NCBI GenBank assembly: GCA_963693365.1
Contig: CAVNZM010000013.1
Location: 4,120,722-4,184,721 of the forward strand
Origin: Amoebidium appalachense
Lineage: Eukaryota > Protista > Ichthyosporea
Length of the DNA stretch: 64,000 nt
Direction of reading: 5' to 3'
Shown: positions 52,937 through 64,000 of the stretch, one piece after another
How the letters are laid out: the number at the start of each line of letters is the position of its first letter
How positions within the stretch are numbered: the stretch's first letter is position 1
Program-made: the position numbers and the translations under genes
The notes under the pieces: model-generated
Told to the model about the DNA's origin: nothing
Database searches by the model: none
What the model saw: the letters and a program-made list of their open reading frames with translations, nothing else

Positions 52937-53032
52937 GAGCCAATCAAAATCGATCTAGTGATATGTGAAATCTGATCCGAGCCAATCAAAACTCGGTCTA
53001 GTGATATGTGGAATCTGATGTTTTGATTGGCT
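52937..53032. repeat. Two ~42-bp direct repeats followed by an inverted copy of their first 12 bp
   Basis: gagccaatcaaaa..tctagtgatatgtg.aatctgat occurs twice, then ttttgattggct. It lies just 3' of the YR ORF and may be a terminal structure of that element. Confidence 0.7.
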
Positions 53033-53296
53033 AATAGGTGCCCGTGTGCGGGCAGCCAACCGCGAACTGCTAAAACACGAAATGAAGCCTACATGGTTAT
53101 GTTGATACCGAACACCCATCCTACGTGTTTACCCAGAAATAAAATTTATGTCAATAAATTCCACAAATAAAACCTCTATGAAAAACTACTCCGGGACGTG
53201 TGTTGCCTCTAGGGGGACATCCCCTTGGACGAAAGTGAACCTGCAATGGTTGTAAACCACGGCACGAGAGCAGTATGGTTGCTCCAAAGGTTTCAC

Positions 53297-54940
53297 TTAA
53301 GAATAGAGGCGAATACACGTGTGATAAGTGGCAGCAATGGAGGCCGGGCGAAGTCGAGTATAGATCAGGAAACAGTCGGAGGACCATCTGCCGAGTTGTT
53401 TCAAAGTTGATCCGGGAGTTGTCGACCCCGGCCTCAGCCAGGGCTGTGGCCCCCCCGATTCGGAGGCTGTGGCCGGCAAACCGGGAGGGTGAGAGGCCTG
53501 CCCGGGAGAGGAGAGCATGGAAGTCGGCAGAGAAAGCACCCTTGGTGTAGGGAATGCCACCGAGACTGAACAGGGCTCGTCGGGTTGACCGGACGTTGTA
53601 TCCAGGAACTGCCGGAGGAGATGGGCTGGGGAGAAGTGGGTGAGGGGCAGGGCAGCGAGAGTGACGTTGACACCTTGGGCCTGTACATCCGTCTTGGAGG
53701 TTGGCAGGTGGAGGGTGGCATGGGACAAAGTACCGGTGGGGTTGTAGCTGAAGGTTACGTCCTTCCTTTTAACGTGACGGGACGGGTCGAAGGAAGACAG
53801 GGTCTTGGAGGTACTAATTCCCCCGAACGGAGGAGACCACAAAAACCGACGATGAGGACCGTCCAAAGCCGGAGATTGGCCGAGGAGGCCTTGGTGGGGC
53901 ACTGGCCATGGAGTAGGCTGAGGTGGGAGGGCAGGAGGGGCTCCCTGGTATATGATCGGGGCCGGATGTTGTGAGAAAGCTGCCATCTGCCCACCCCTCG
54001 TAGGAACCAGGCCAGAGACTTGTCGTGGGGGTAGGGAGCAGGGAGGCCCATGTCGAGGTGGAGTCTGGTGATGGCCGAATCGTAGCCGGGCCGGGCCAAG
54101 GAAGAGGCCTGTACCCCTCGTTGGGCACACCAGGCGAGAAAGAGCTGCACGGTGTGTGGGGAGGCCGGGAGGTAGGACCCGGAGGAGGACTGCAGCCGAG
54201 ATGCCACACAAAAATCGATGAACACTTTTTGCACCCGGAAGTAAAAGGCCCGAGAGTCGAGGTTGAGACTCAGGGCCTGGCATTCCTGCAGGGTAGTGGT
54301 GGCTCGAAGCAGCTCGGCCGGAGCAAAGTGGGGGGCCAATCTGCCGGCGTTGCTCCGGAAGGGGGAGATCTGGGGGGGAGGGGGGGGGGGGGGGGTTAGC
54401 CCAGGGGATAGGATAGGAACTCGTGGACCCAGGAGGGGAAGGGGCAGGGCTCCGGTTGCAGGGAAGGTCAGAGTCGCCGGGCTCGGGGAAGTTGGTTACG
54501 AGAAATGGCATCGGCTAGATGGTTGAGGGGTCCCGGTAGGTAGGAGGCCTGTAACGTAAATTGGTATTGCATTTCCATGCGGTGATGAACCGAATAAGTT
54601 TGGCCATCACGGGGTGGGGGGAGACCGGGAGTGCAGGTCAGACACAGTACCCGTGTTGTCGCATAAAACACGGACATGGTGGGTGGACCAGGAGGGGGCC
54701 CAGAGGGCCACGGCGGCTGCGATGGCCAAGAGTTCAATGACATGTACAGAGGAACCGAGTTTACCCTCATGAGCATAGAGGCCTTGGGTGGAGGGAGACC
54801 AGGGCATGAAAAACCATTGGTCGAGCCAGTGGCCCCCTAGACCCACTGATCCGGCAGCATCGGCCCGGGTGGCCAGGGTGGTGTATGTGGGGGGGGGTGA
54901 TAAGGTGTACCCCATTCCATGATGCGAGGATACTGCAAAA
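53297..54940 (-). mobile_element. Degenerate DIRS/Ngaro-type retrotransposon: RNase H plus tyrosine recombinase, frameshifted, RT missing
   Basis: RNase H motifs: ASWNG, DAAGSVGLGG, HVIELLAI, VLCDN, NHLADAISR. YR motifs: GLLRSGEL, SKTD, HSLRIGGATA, LGRWSSDCFLIY. They are spread over several frames. Confidence 0.85.
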
Positions 54941-55891
54941 TCCGCAATCAGAGAATCGTGACCGATTTGTGCCTACGATAGGGACGATTCGGTGCCTATA
55001 AAGTCGGGCCGGCCGATGGCCGATGTCGTTCTTGAGATTTTGTGTGCGGAGGCTCATGCGCGCGCCCAAAGAAATGCACAAAGAGTCATCAGCACATTCC
55101 TGTGACTCATACCTTAGCCGCTCGTGCTGTAAGTCTGGAATGCAAAGTCAAGATTGCGATCACGTCACCCCGAACGTGCGCGAGATTAGGCTCACGTGTC
55201 TAGGACGTCTGGACGGTCTGGCCCGATCGGGTCCCAGCATCCCCCCCCCCCCCCCCCCCGCCCCCCCCCGGGAAAAAATAAAAATAAAAATAACGGGGGA
55301 ACCAGGCAATAAATTGGCACCACAAACAGATTTTTTTCTCGTCTTTTTTATTAGCCATATCGTTGACACCGCACACAGGTTGTTGTGGCGCCGGCTTACA
55401 GCCTGCAGTACGTTACATATGCATGCGATGCTTCAATGGATCTAGAGAACGTTAACAATGACTCGGAGTTAAAAGCTTTGTAGCTAAAGGATATCACATT
55501 TATGCAGTGTTAATAGCACACATAAGTGAAGCTCGGGCTTAGGCATAAGCAACCTAACAATAATTCCATTTATTCTATCTGCAGGCATGGCTACACAAGA
55601 TTATACGAAGTACAGTGTCCAGCGTATTCCAGCACAAATGTAAGCTACGTATACCTAGCAAAAAATAACGAAACAGCACTACTGACTAAGCTGCCTTTTT
55701 GTTGCTAACAAGAACCACAGTCCGAAGCAACACCCTCGTTAATAAGCCACGGGAGAGCTGAGCCCACCCCCGAACGTTGCCGTGGTTGTCATCTTCATGG
55801 TTGCGCATCCGCTGGCGCTCGCGGACATCCTTATCTGTAAAACCTGACTGAGCCACAACGAAAATGCCTGAATTCTATCCCCCCCCCCCCC

Positions 55892-56599
55892 TGTTATTTT
55901 GTGTGGGTAAACGGAGAAGCAGAGAGCACAGATGGGTGTTATGTAAAACACAACACAAAGACACACGGGAAAAACACAACCGGAGAGGAGGAACGATTTC
56001 TGGAACCATAGGAAGTGAATACGACTGCTTATGATTTATTTCAAGATGAGGTCCCTTTTATACTTGGGAATGTGAAACGATAAACCAATCAAAAGAATGA
56101 AAACTATGAGTGTAAAATATATCGAATAAAATGTCTGTCGACATTTAGAATATAAAACTCAATCCTCTAATGAAAGAAACTTCTAATAAAAACACGGAAA
56201 CATTTAATAAAATGAAACCACTTATGTAACTATTAATTCATAACATATATTTATACATGTTCTTATCATAACACGTCTAAATATAATTATTCCTAATAGT
56301 TGAAGAACATAGCACAATGCTACGTCGTGGGAAAGGAATGAGAAAGGAATGTAAGTTACTATATTTGGGAAAATACAAACGAGATATGATTGGATGACAT
56401 ATATAGATTTTGACGCAAACGACAATACGTGTGCGCGAGCTAAGTATGTCGATACGTACACAGATCTAAGATGTCGTGTACACGGAAACGGAAAAGAAAG
56501 AAAGAAATGAAGAAAGGAAAAGGAAACAAACTACAACAACTAATAAATAAATACCAAACTCAACTTCTAAGTCTTGCTGAGAATTAAGTGAAGATGACA
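55892..56599 (-). repeat. 3' LTR of the copia element
   Basis: Identical by eye to 61023-61730 (offset 5131). The ORF translations inside the two LTRs are the same. Confidence 0.95.
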
Positions 56600-57086
56600 T
56601 CCCCACTCAAGGGTTGGAAGTTGGGTTCTCGTGAAGTTTGTTGATGTGACTGTTGATGTTAAGACTTTCACACATGTAGAAGTAGGTGCCGTGAAGTCAC
56701 AGTCAAGTTTCCCCACTCGAGAAGACAATGGAGAAGACTTGAAGGTGCAAGCCGGGGAAGAAAACCAAAACGGAAGAAGCACACAACGACGGTTGCCTCT
56801 GAAGACTCGGAAGATGACGGTAGCCAATGACGTGATATATAAATATATATAGAAGAAACAACTAGTGTATGTGTGACGTGTTGGTGGCTAATGATAAATA
56901 CATTATATATATGGTGGTATATAAATAAACGACGGATGGTGGAGAAGAAATCCCCACTGAAGATGCACACACTGAAGATCGATGAAGACAGCAGTAGACT
57001 TTCGTTGGGAGGTGTCTCTACACGGTGATGTGTAGACCACTGGCCAGGGCCCCAACCTACTTGAAGACCACTGTACTAGTAGATGA

Positions 57087-57133
<47 letters not shown>

Positions 57134-57134
57134 C

Positions 57135-60100
57135 TCAGTCACGAAGACTGAGTGAATCACGGTGCTGCTTGTGGGAGGGCCCGGGCAGGGGCTTGGTGAA
57201 GATGTCAGCCACGTTGTCTTTGCTGGACACGTAGGTGACGACCACATCCCCACTCTTGATGTAGTCCTTCGTGTTGTGGTAACGGACTGCAATGTGTTTG
57301 GTCCGGTGCTTGATGCTGTTGGTGTGCAGGAGGGCAATGGTGGACTGGTTGTCACAGTAGACGGGGGTGGGGTCGGTCATCGGGTAGCCGAGTTCACGGA
57401 GGAGATCACGGTGCCAGATGACGTTTTGAACAGCAGCATTGATGGCCAGAAGCTCAGCCTCGGTGGTGGATGTTGCCGTGATGGACTGCAGCTTCGAATA
57501 CCATGTGATGGGTATGCCCTTGAAGAAGATGACGTATCCGGTGGTTGAACGACGGGTGTTGGGGCAGTTGGCAAAGTCAGCATCAGAATAACACTCCAGC
57601 AAGGGGGTGTTGTCGTCGGAAGCAGACTTGTCGTAGTGAAGGCCGAGGTTGGAAGTGCCGATGAGGTACCGAACTACACGGAGTAGACATTCCCATGCAA
57701 GTTTGGTGGGGTTGGCACTGAATCTACCGAGGTAGCCGATGGCAAAGGAGATGTCGGGCCGGGAACAACGAGCAACCCACAAAAGACGGCCGAGTAGTTC
57801 ACGGTAGGGAACCTTGATGGGTGGTGAGTCGTTCTCGTTGATGGTGATGACGGTGCCGACGGGAATGGGAGTAGCCTTGGGGTGAGCATCGTTGAGGTTG
57901 AAGTCTCTGACGATGTCGTTGATGTAGGATTGCTGAAGCAGCTTGAGGTGACCGGGGGTGTGGATGAGCTGGGTGCCAAGGAAGATGTCGGGAAGGTCAA
58001 CCTTGCAGAGAGCTGACTTCATGATGTGGTCTACTAGATCCTTGGTGTGGGAGGAGTTGGCCGTGCAGATGATGATGACGTCGTCCACATAGTTGCCAGT
58101 GAGGATGATGTCACCGTTGGGGAAGGTCTTGATGTAGACACATGGATCTGAACGGAGACGTTCGAGACCGTGAGCAAGGAGGACCTTGTCGAAGTACTCA
58201 TACCAGGCCAGTGATGCTTGCTTGAGCCCGTAGAGTGCCTTCTTAAGTTTCCAGACCTTGTGTTCGTTGCCGGGGGTGATGAAGCCAGGAATAGGACCGG
58301 TGGTGAGGGGGGCATCGGTGTCCACAGGGCTGCTCGTGGCCGAGTGGAAGGTGGGGGACCCAGGACGAACCGGAGTCATGTAGCCGGGTTGATGCACAGC
58401 AACGGGGGGGGCCGGCAGCAAGGGTTGTTGGCCAGTGGGGGGGGGGCTCGGGGGAGGCACGGGTTCAACCGGGGCTGGTTGGTTGTGCCAGGACGGTTGG
58501 GAGATGACCACAGACGGAGTTTCATCGTCGTCGTCGGAGGGGGGTCCAATGTCGGCAGATCGGGTTTGGGGGGAACGGAGACCTGATTGGTGCTGCCCGT
58601 GAATTTCGACTCGTCGAAGATCACATCACGGCAGATCTTGATTTGGTTGCAGGCATGGTCGAGGATCTTGTGTGCCTTGGAGGGTAGGTCCCAGCCGACG
58701 TAGGTGCCGACTCTGACGGTTGATGCCAGCTTGTTCCTCTTTGACCGGGGAACATGCACATAGGCAGGGGAGCCGAACACGTGGAGCTGGGAGACGTCGG
58801 GTTTGAAGCCGTGGAAGGCCTCGAAGGGAGTGTTGCCGTTGGCAGCAGATGACGGTGTGACGTTGATGATGTAGCTTGTATGCTTGAGAGCAGCAACCCA
58901 CAACTTGGGAGAGAGAGGTTGGTCCTTGTCGGCATGGAGGAAGCAACGGACTGTCTCTTGCAGTTCTCTCATCTTCCGTTCAACAACACCATTGTGTTGT
59001 GGTGTGTCGACGGGGGCAAACTCCATGATGATGCCTTTCTGCTTGCAGTAGGCCTCGGTGTCCTTGGAGGTGAACTCAGAGCCGGAGTCAAACCGAAGAT
59101 GGGTGACGATCTCAGGTGTCTGACGTTCGATGGTTTCAACGAGAGACTGAATGTGGCTGAGGGTTTCACCACGGTTGTAAAGGGGGAACACGGTGGTGTA
59201 ACCGGTGGCATCACAAACACACACCAGAGCAACCTTGTAGCCTCCGTAGGAAGCACAGGGAGCTTCGAAGAAGTCCAGGTGCCACTTAGCACCGGGAATG
59301 GTGAACTTGGAACGGGTGCCGGGAAAGGGGGCCTTGGTGGTCTTGCCAGACATGCAGCCGAAGCAGTCACTGTTGTCGGGTGACTTGAGGGAGGGGGGCA
59401 TGCCGATGACAAGCTCATCCTTGGCCATCCTGGTGACGGTGGAGAGGGCACGGTGGCCGAGACGGTTGTGCCAAAGGGTGAGGTCGTCGGGTGGTTGAGT
59501 CCTTGCTGTGTAGGCTTGGACCCCCGGGTGTTTAGGAGTCTCAATCACATAGTCAGTGATGTAGTAGAGACCGTCGAGGGGGGTGAGATCTGTAATAATG
59601 TCACCATTACGGCTGTAGAGGAACGACGGGTGGTTGTCTGTATCGTCACAATGACCTAGGAGGCCGGCAGCTGATGCCATGGAGGTAGACACGAGGAAAG
59701 ACGGTGCCTCGGGTACGTAGTAAGCATTGATGCTGCACGGTGTTGGGTGGCCGTTGTAGTGCAGTGTCATGTTGATGATGCCACGTTGTTTGGCATTGAC
59801 TGTGCCGAGGCCGTGAATGGGGGTGGGAGGACACGGGGTAAGGGAGGAGAAATACTCCTTGATGGGGCAGATGTGTGCATTACAAGCACTGTCCCAGACG
59901 GGGTCGTTACTGTCAGGTGTGCCGGTGGAGGAGATGAGTGCAAATTTCACACTCTTGTCACCTTTCTCCTGCTTGGCACGACGAGCAACTGTGCAGCCAG
60001 GCTCCGGGCATGCTGTGATGTGGTGGGGCTCATGGCAGTAGGAACACTTCACACTGTTGGTGTTGTGCTGTCGGTTACGGTTGTCCCTGTTACCACGGTG

Positions 60101-60946
60101 GTAAGGGGAAGTTGAACGGGGGCCGGGTGACTTGGAGGGAGGACGAGGATCACGGGAACGGGACGGGGAACGGTGAGGTGTATGCTCACGTCGAGGAATA
60201 CGGTTACGGAGGTCACCGGGGGGAAGCACTCTGCTCTGGAGTGCACGGAGGGGACGGTTGTTGACGGTTGCACCTGTGCCTGCGTCGATGAGGCCGGCAC
60301 GGATTTCAGCTCCTCGGATGTCACTGATGAGCATGTTGAAGGACGGGTAGGCCTTGTTGTTCATCCAGTAGTCGGAGCAGAGACGTTCAATGTCGGGGCA
60401 GACCAGGGCTGTGTTCTTCCGGATGTGGAGGAAGAACTTACGTACGACATCCTTGTGCTGGACGGGTTCGTCGAGGCAGGCAAGTGTCGTAGCCAGACGT
60501 TGGAGACGGGTGAGGTATGCTGTGACGTTGGGGTAGTCTCGTAGTTCAAGCTCCTCGAAGGTGACTTGAATCTGGGTGACTCGGGCCTCCTTCTCTGCTA
60601 CATACGCCATACGTAGGTTGTGGAAGACTTCACCACCGTGGACACCGTCTTGCATCCGGCCGGAGTCGTAGAGCTCGGTCGGGTGGACGGACTGGTTGAG
60701 GATCTGGTCGAGGACGTCGGAAGCTTTCTTGTAGGAGTCCTTGGTGGTGTAGCCTAGCCACTGGTTGGCTTCAGCGCCGTCAACCCACTGTGGCCTCTTG
60801 ATAGCGTCAACGAATTTCTCGGCAATGGTGGTTCTAATGAACCGGTGAATGAGTGGCTCCCACTCGAAATAATTAAGACGTTTCTCGTCTCGTTTCTCGG
60901 ACGGATTCCATATTGGAAGGTTGATATACGACGGTTTGTCAGTCAT
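57135..60946 (-). CDS. Copia gag-pol polyprotein, with one frameshift at a G6 run (~58540) and an in-frame loss of the RT N-terminus
   Basis: Zinc knuckle CSYCHEPHHITAC, protease WDSAC, GAG-pre-integrase LWHNRLGH..C..C, integrase HLD..RFDSGSEF..NGVVER. RT motifs KALYGLKQA and YVDD. RNase H motifs YSDADF, TEAE, YCDN, RTKHI, ADIFTK. Confidence 0.9.
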
Positions 60947-61022
60947 GATTGAAGCAGTAAGACTGAGAGATTTTCGCGGTTGTAGCGAGATTGTGTGTTA
61001 GCGTGCAAAGGGGCCGTAAACC

Positions 61023-61730
61023 TGTTATTTTGTGTGGGTAAACGGAGAAGCAGAGAGCACAGATGGGTGTTATGTAAAACACAACACAAAGACACACGGG
61101 AAAAACACAACCGGAGAGGAGGAACGATTTCTGGAACCATAGGAAGTGAATACGACTGCTTATGATTTATTTCAAGATGAGGTCCCTTTTATACTTGGGA
61201 ATGTGAAACGATAAACCAATCAAAAGAATGAAAACTATGAGTGTAAAATATATCGAATAAAATGTCTGTCGACATTTAGAATATAAAACTCAATCCTCTA
61301 ATGAAAGAAACTTCTAATAAAAACACGGAAACATTTAATAAAATGAAACCACTTATGTAACTATTAATTCATAACATATATTTATACATGTTCTTATCAT
61401 AACACGTCTAAATATAATTATTCCTAATAGTTGAAGAACATAGCACAATGCTACGTCGTGGGAAAGGAATGAGAAAGGAATGTAAGTTACTATATTTGGG
61501 AAAATACAAACGAGATATGATTGGATGACATATATAGATTTTGACGCAAACGACAATACGTGTGCGCGAGCTAAGTATGTCGATACGTACACAGATCTAA
61601 GATGTCGTGTACACGGAAACGGAAAAGAAAGAAAGAAATGAAGAAAGGAAAAGGAAACAAACTACAACAACTAATAAATAAATACCAAACTCAACTTCTA
61701 AGTCTTGCTGAGAATTAAGTGAAGATGACA
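61023..61730 (-). repeat. 5' LTR of the copia element, with a TATAAAA box at 61193-61187 (minus)
   Basis: TG...CA termini, upstream of the gag ATG at 60946. Confidence 0.95.
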
Positions 61731-61848
61731 CCCCCCCCCCTCTCCCCTCCCTCAAACATCCCCCTCCCCCCCCCCCCCCCCCCCTTTTCCTCCCCATCCC
61801 CGGCGCCCTTTTATACCTTTCCCGTACTCCTTACTACCCCCCCCCTGC

Positions 61849-61881
<33 letters not shown>

Positions 61882-62069
61882 TTTCTCCATCTTCCTCCTT
61901 CCCTCCCTCACCCTCCCCCCCCCCCCCCCCTTCCTCTTCCCAAGTCTCTCTAAGCACATATGACATGAATCCTTCTCCCCCCAATGGCATCCTTCACACC
62001 CACCTCCCCCCTCCCTTGGCCTCCCGCCCGTGACTCTCCACCCATGCTTTGCCCCTCAACCACCCCCTC

Positions 62070-62100
<31 letters not shown>

Positions 62101-62341
62101 ACACACATGACACGAGAAGAGACATGCCCCCCCCCCCCCCCCCCCCCCCCCGAGGGCCTCCTTTTACGCATTTCCCACTCTTCTTGTCTTACTCATCCCC
62201 CCCCCCCCCCCCCCCCCCACCTTTCACCCCCGCTCATCTTTCTCGCTCCCTACCTCACACTGGTCTCTCCCCCTCGTCCCTTTCTCCCACCACCCTCTCG
62301 AGGCACATAAGACACGAAACCTTATTTCCCCCCATTCCCCC

Positions 62342-62373
<32 letters not shown>

Positions 62374-62432
62374 GACACGTACAAATAAGACACAAACACA
62401 CACACACACACACACTAACTTAATGCCTGCAG

Positions 62433-63172
62433 GTATTGAGTGGCAGATCGTCATGCAAGCCCTATACCAAGGTTTCTATCGTGACCCAGAGCTACTCGCC
62501 CAACTTCCTCCCGCGCTTCAAGAGCTACTGCCAAAAGACACAGAGGATGCTACAGGCATTTTGCGCAGAAAAACAATAACGGGTACTTACGGGCCAGCAG
62601 CTGCAGCTCCAGCACAGAAGAAGCGCAGGGGAAAGACCATTAGCGTTGAGAGCAGTCCTTATCCTGACCTAAAACAACAAATCATTCAGTAGATTCGTGC
62701 AGCTTACTTCCGGGACAAACCAAACGGTCTAGAGCTTGCACAGGCAGCATGCCCCGACACCATCACCACTTACACGACCGGAATCGTCCGCCACACCCGC
62801 ATCACATGGAACAACATTGCAACACATAACAAGCGGATAAACGTCTCGGCTAGCTGGCCAACGGACGTTAGACAACCAGACAGACGGGGAGAGTTCTTTG
62901 GGGAAATGATGTTCTTTTTTGAATGTGATATGAATACGGGAGAGGTTCAGGCAGAAAGAATCGAGCTAACATACTGTCAATGGCGCTATAATCGAAAGGA
63001 AATTGCTGATAAAGGGTTGTATATTGTGACAGACGCAATCTATCATGCAGAGAGTTGGGCACAGAAAGTGGTGAATCCATTAGCTTTTGAGAGACTATGT
63101 GCAATTTTGCCTTGGAAGGAAAGCCAAAACAATCACCAGTATGCAGTCATTCCTCTCAGGCCAGGGCTCTAG
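62433..63172 (+). pseudogene. Terminal exon-like reading frame with an internal TAG, possibly the C-terminus of a CACTA/Plavaka-type transposase
   Basis: ORFs 62423-62692 and 62906-63172 are in the same frame, separated only by TAG at 62690-62692. It follows a CTGCAG acceptor. FFGEMMFFF...LTYCQW resembles the beta-rich C-terminal domain of such transposases (inference). Confidence 0.35.
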
Positions 63173-63723
63173 TCTAGCAGCACGATAAAGCCTATGATAA
63201 TGATAGACGTGTAAAATGTAAAAAGTAAGATAGAAATGTAAATATGGCTAGTTAAGATTGTGTGCCTAAACAACAACGTATACTGCCTCGTTATATGCAA
63301 TGCCATAGAATAAAAGGAAAATTCTTATAAAAGAATAAAAGCAAAACGGAACACGCTGATGTTAACCAAGCCTTGCAACAAAATGATGCAGTCGTTAAAG
63401 AAAAAGGTGAAATGTTCTAAGAAAACTGTGTTCCTGTTTTAAAGAAACTTCTATCACACCCGTATGTATGTAAATTATCCGCCGAGGGAGGGTTTGAGTG
63501 TGCAAAAAAGGGGAGGGTGGATGCGTGGCAACAGGTGTATGTATTTATGTTTCTGTGTGTGCGCGCGCATGCCACAGTGTGCGGGCCGGGTATGTGTGTG
63601 TGTGTGTGTGTGTGTATGTGTGTGTGTGTGTGTGTGTGCAATGCGTGCGTGCGTGCGTGTGTGCGTGCTTGCGTGCGTGTGTGTGTGCGTGCGCGCGCGC
63701 GCGCGTGTGTGCGTGTGTGTGCG

Positions 63724-63776
<53 letters not shown>

Positions 63777-64000
63777 ATTTGTGTGTGCACGCGCACGCGC
63801 GAGTGTTGTGACATAAACTTTCACCAAGTTTAGGGGTGTGTGTGTAAGCATGAAGTGTGTACTTGTGTGTGTGGGTGGCAGGGCAGGGAAGGCGAGAATG
63901 AGGGGCATGGCGAAGAAAGCCCAGCACTCACAAAGGCTACAAGTAAGCACCCACCTCGGAGCGTGGATTCTATAAACAGTCCGCTCCATGCAGCCTGTCA

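Larger units (their letters stand above)
55892..61730 (-). mobile_element. Ty1/copia LTR retrotransposon, 5839 bp, apparently identical LTRs
   Basis: 708-bp direct repeats TG...CA at 55892-56599 and 61023-61730. Domain order gag-PR-IN-RT-RH. PPT TTGAGTGGGGA next to the 3' LTR. Poly-C on both flanks. Confidence 0.97.

Noticed and set aside
56222-56461. 79-aa ORF duplicated at 61353-61592
   Set aside because: It is an incidental frame inside the AT-rich LTRs, useful only as evidence that the LTRs are identical.
62690-62692. In-frame TAG as evidence of a reassigned genetic code
   Set aside because: TAG is the apparent true stop of the kinase and ZIP-MCO genes, and no long exon here contains an internal TAG.

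Overview
This is a window of an intron-rich eukaryotic genome (probably a protist; inferred, not established). Its introns are packed with poly-C/poly-G tracts and (CA)n/(GT)n microsatellites, so almost all of the six-frame ORFs are low-complexity noise. Splicing by hand gives six genes: (1) a 13-exon PARP6/8-like mono-ADP-ribosyltransferase fused to a UBE2Q-like E2 (minus, 129-15207); (2) an intronless APH/choline-kinase/EcKL-like kinase; (3-4) two plus-strand genes of unknown function; (5-6) a head-to-head pair of ZupT-like ZIP transporter paralogues. The plus-strand ZIP (42825-52144, 703 aa) runs inside a single exon from TM8 into a complete two-domain, ceruloplasmin-type multicopper oxidase. 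That oxidase has all T1/T2/T3 copper ligands and the ceruloplasmin Fe(II)-binding residues, making it a candidate single-chain ZIP-ferroxidase metal-handling system and the main finding. The right end holds a degenerate DIRS/Ngaro-type tyrosine-recombinase retroelement, a young Ty1/copia element (identical 708-bp LTRs, inserted in a poly-C tract, RT N-terminus deleted) and a possible transposase relic. Several single-base indels in homopolymers look like assembly errors.
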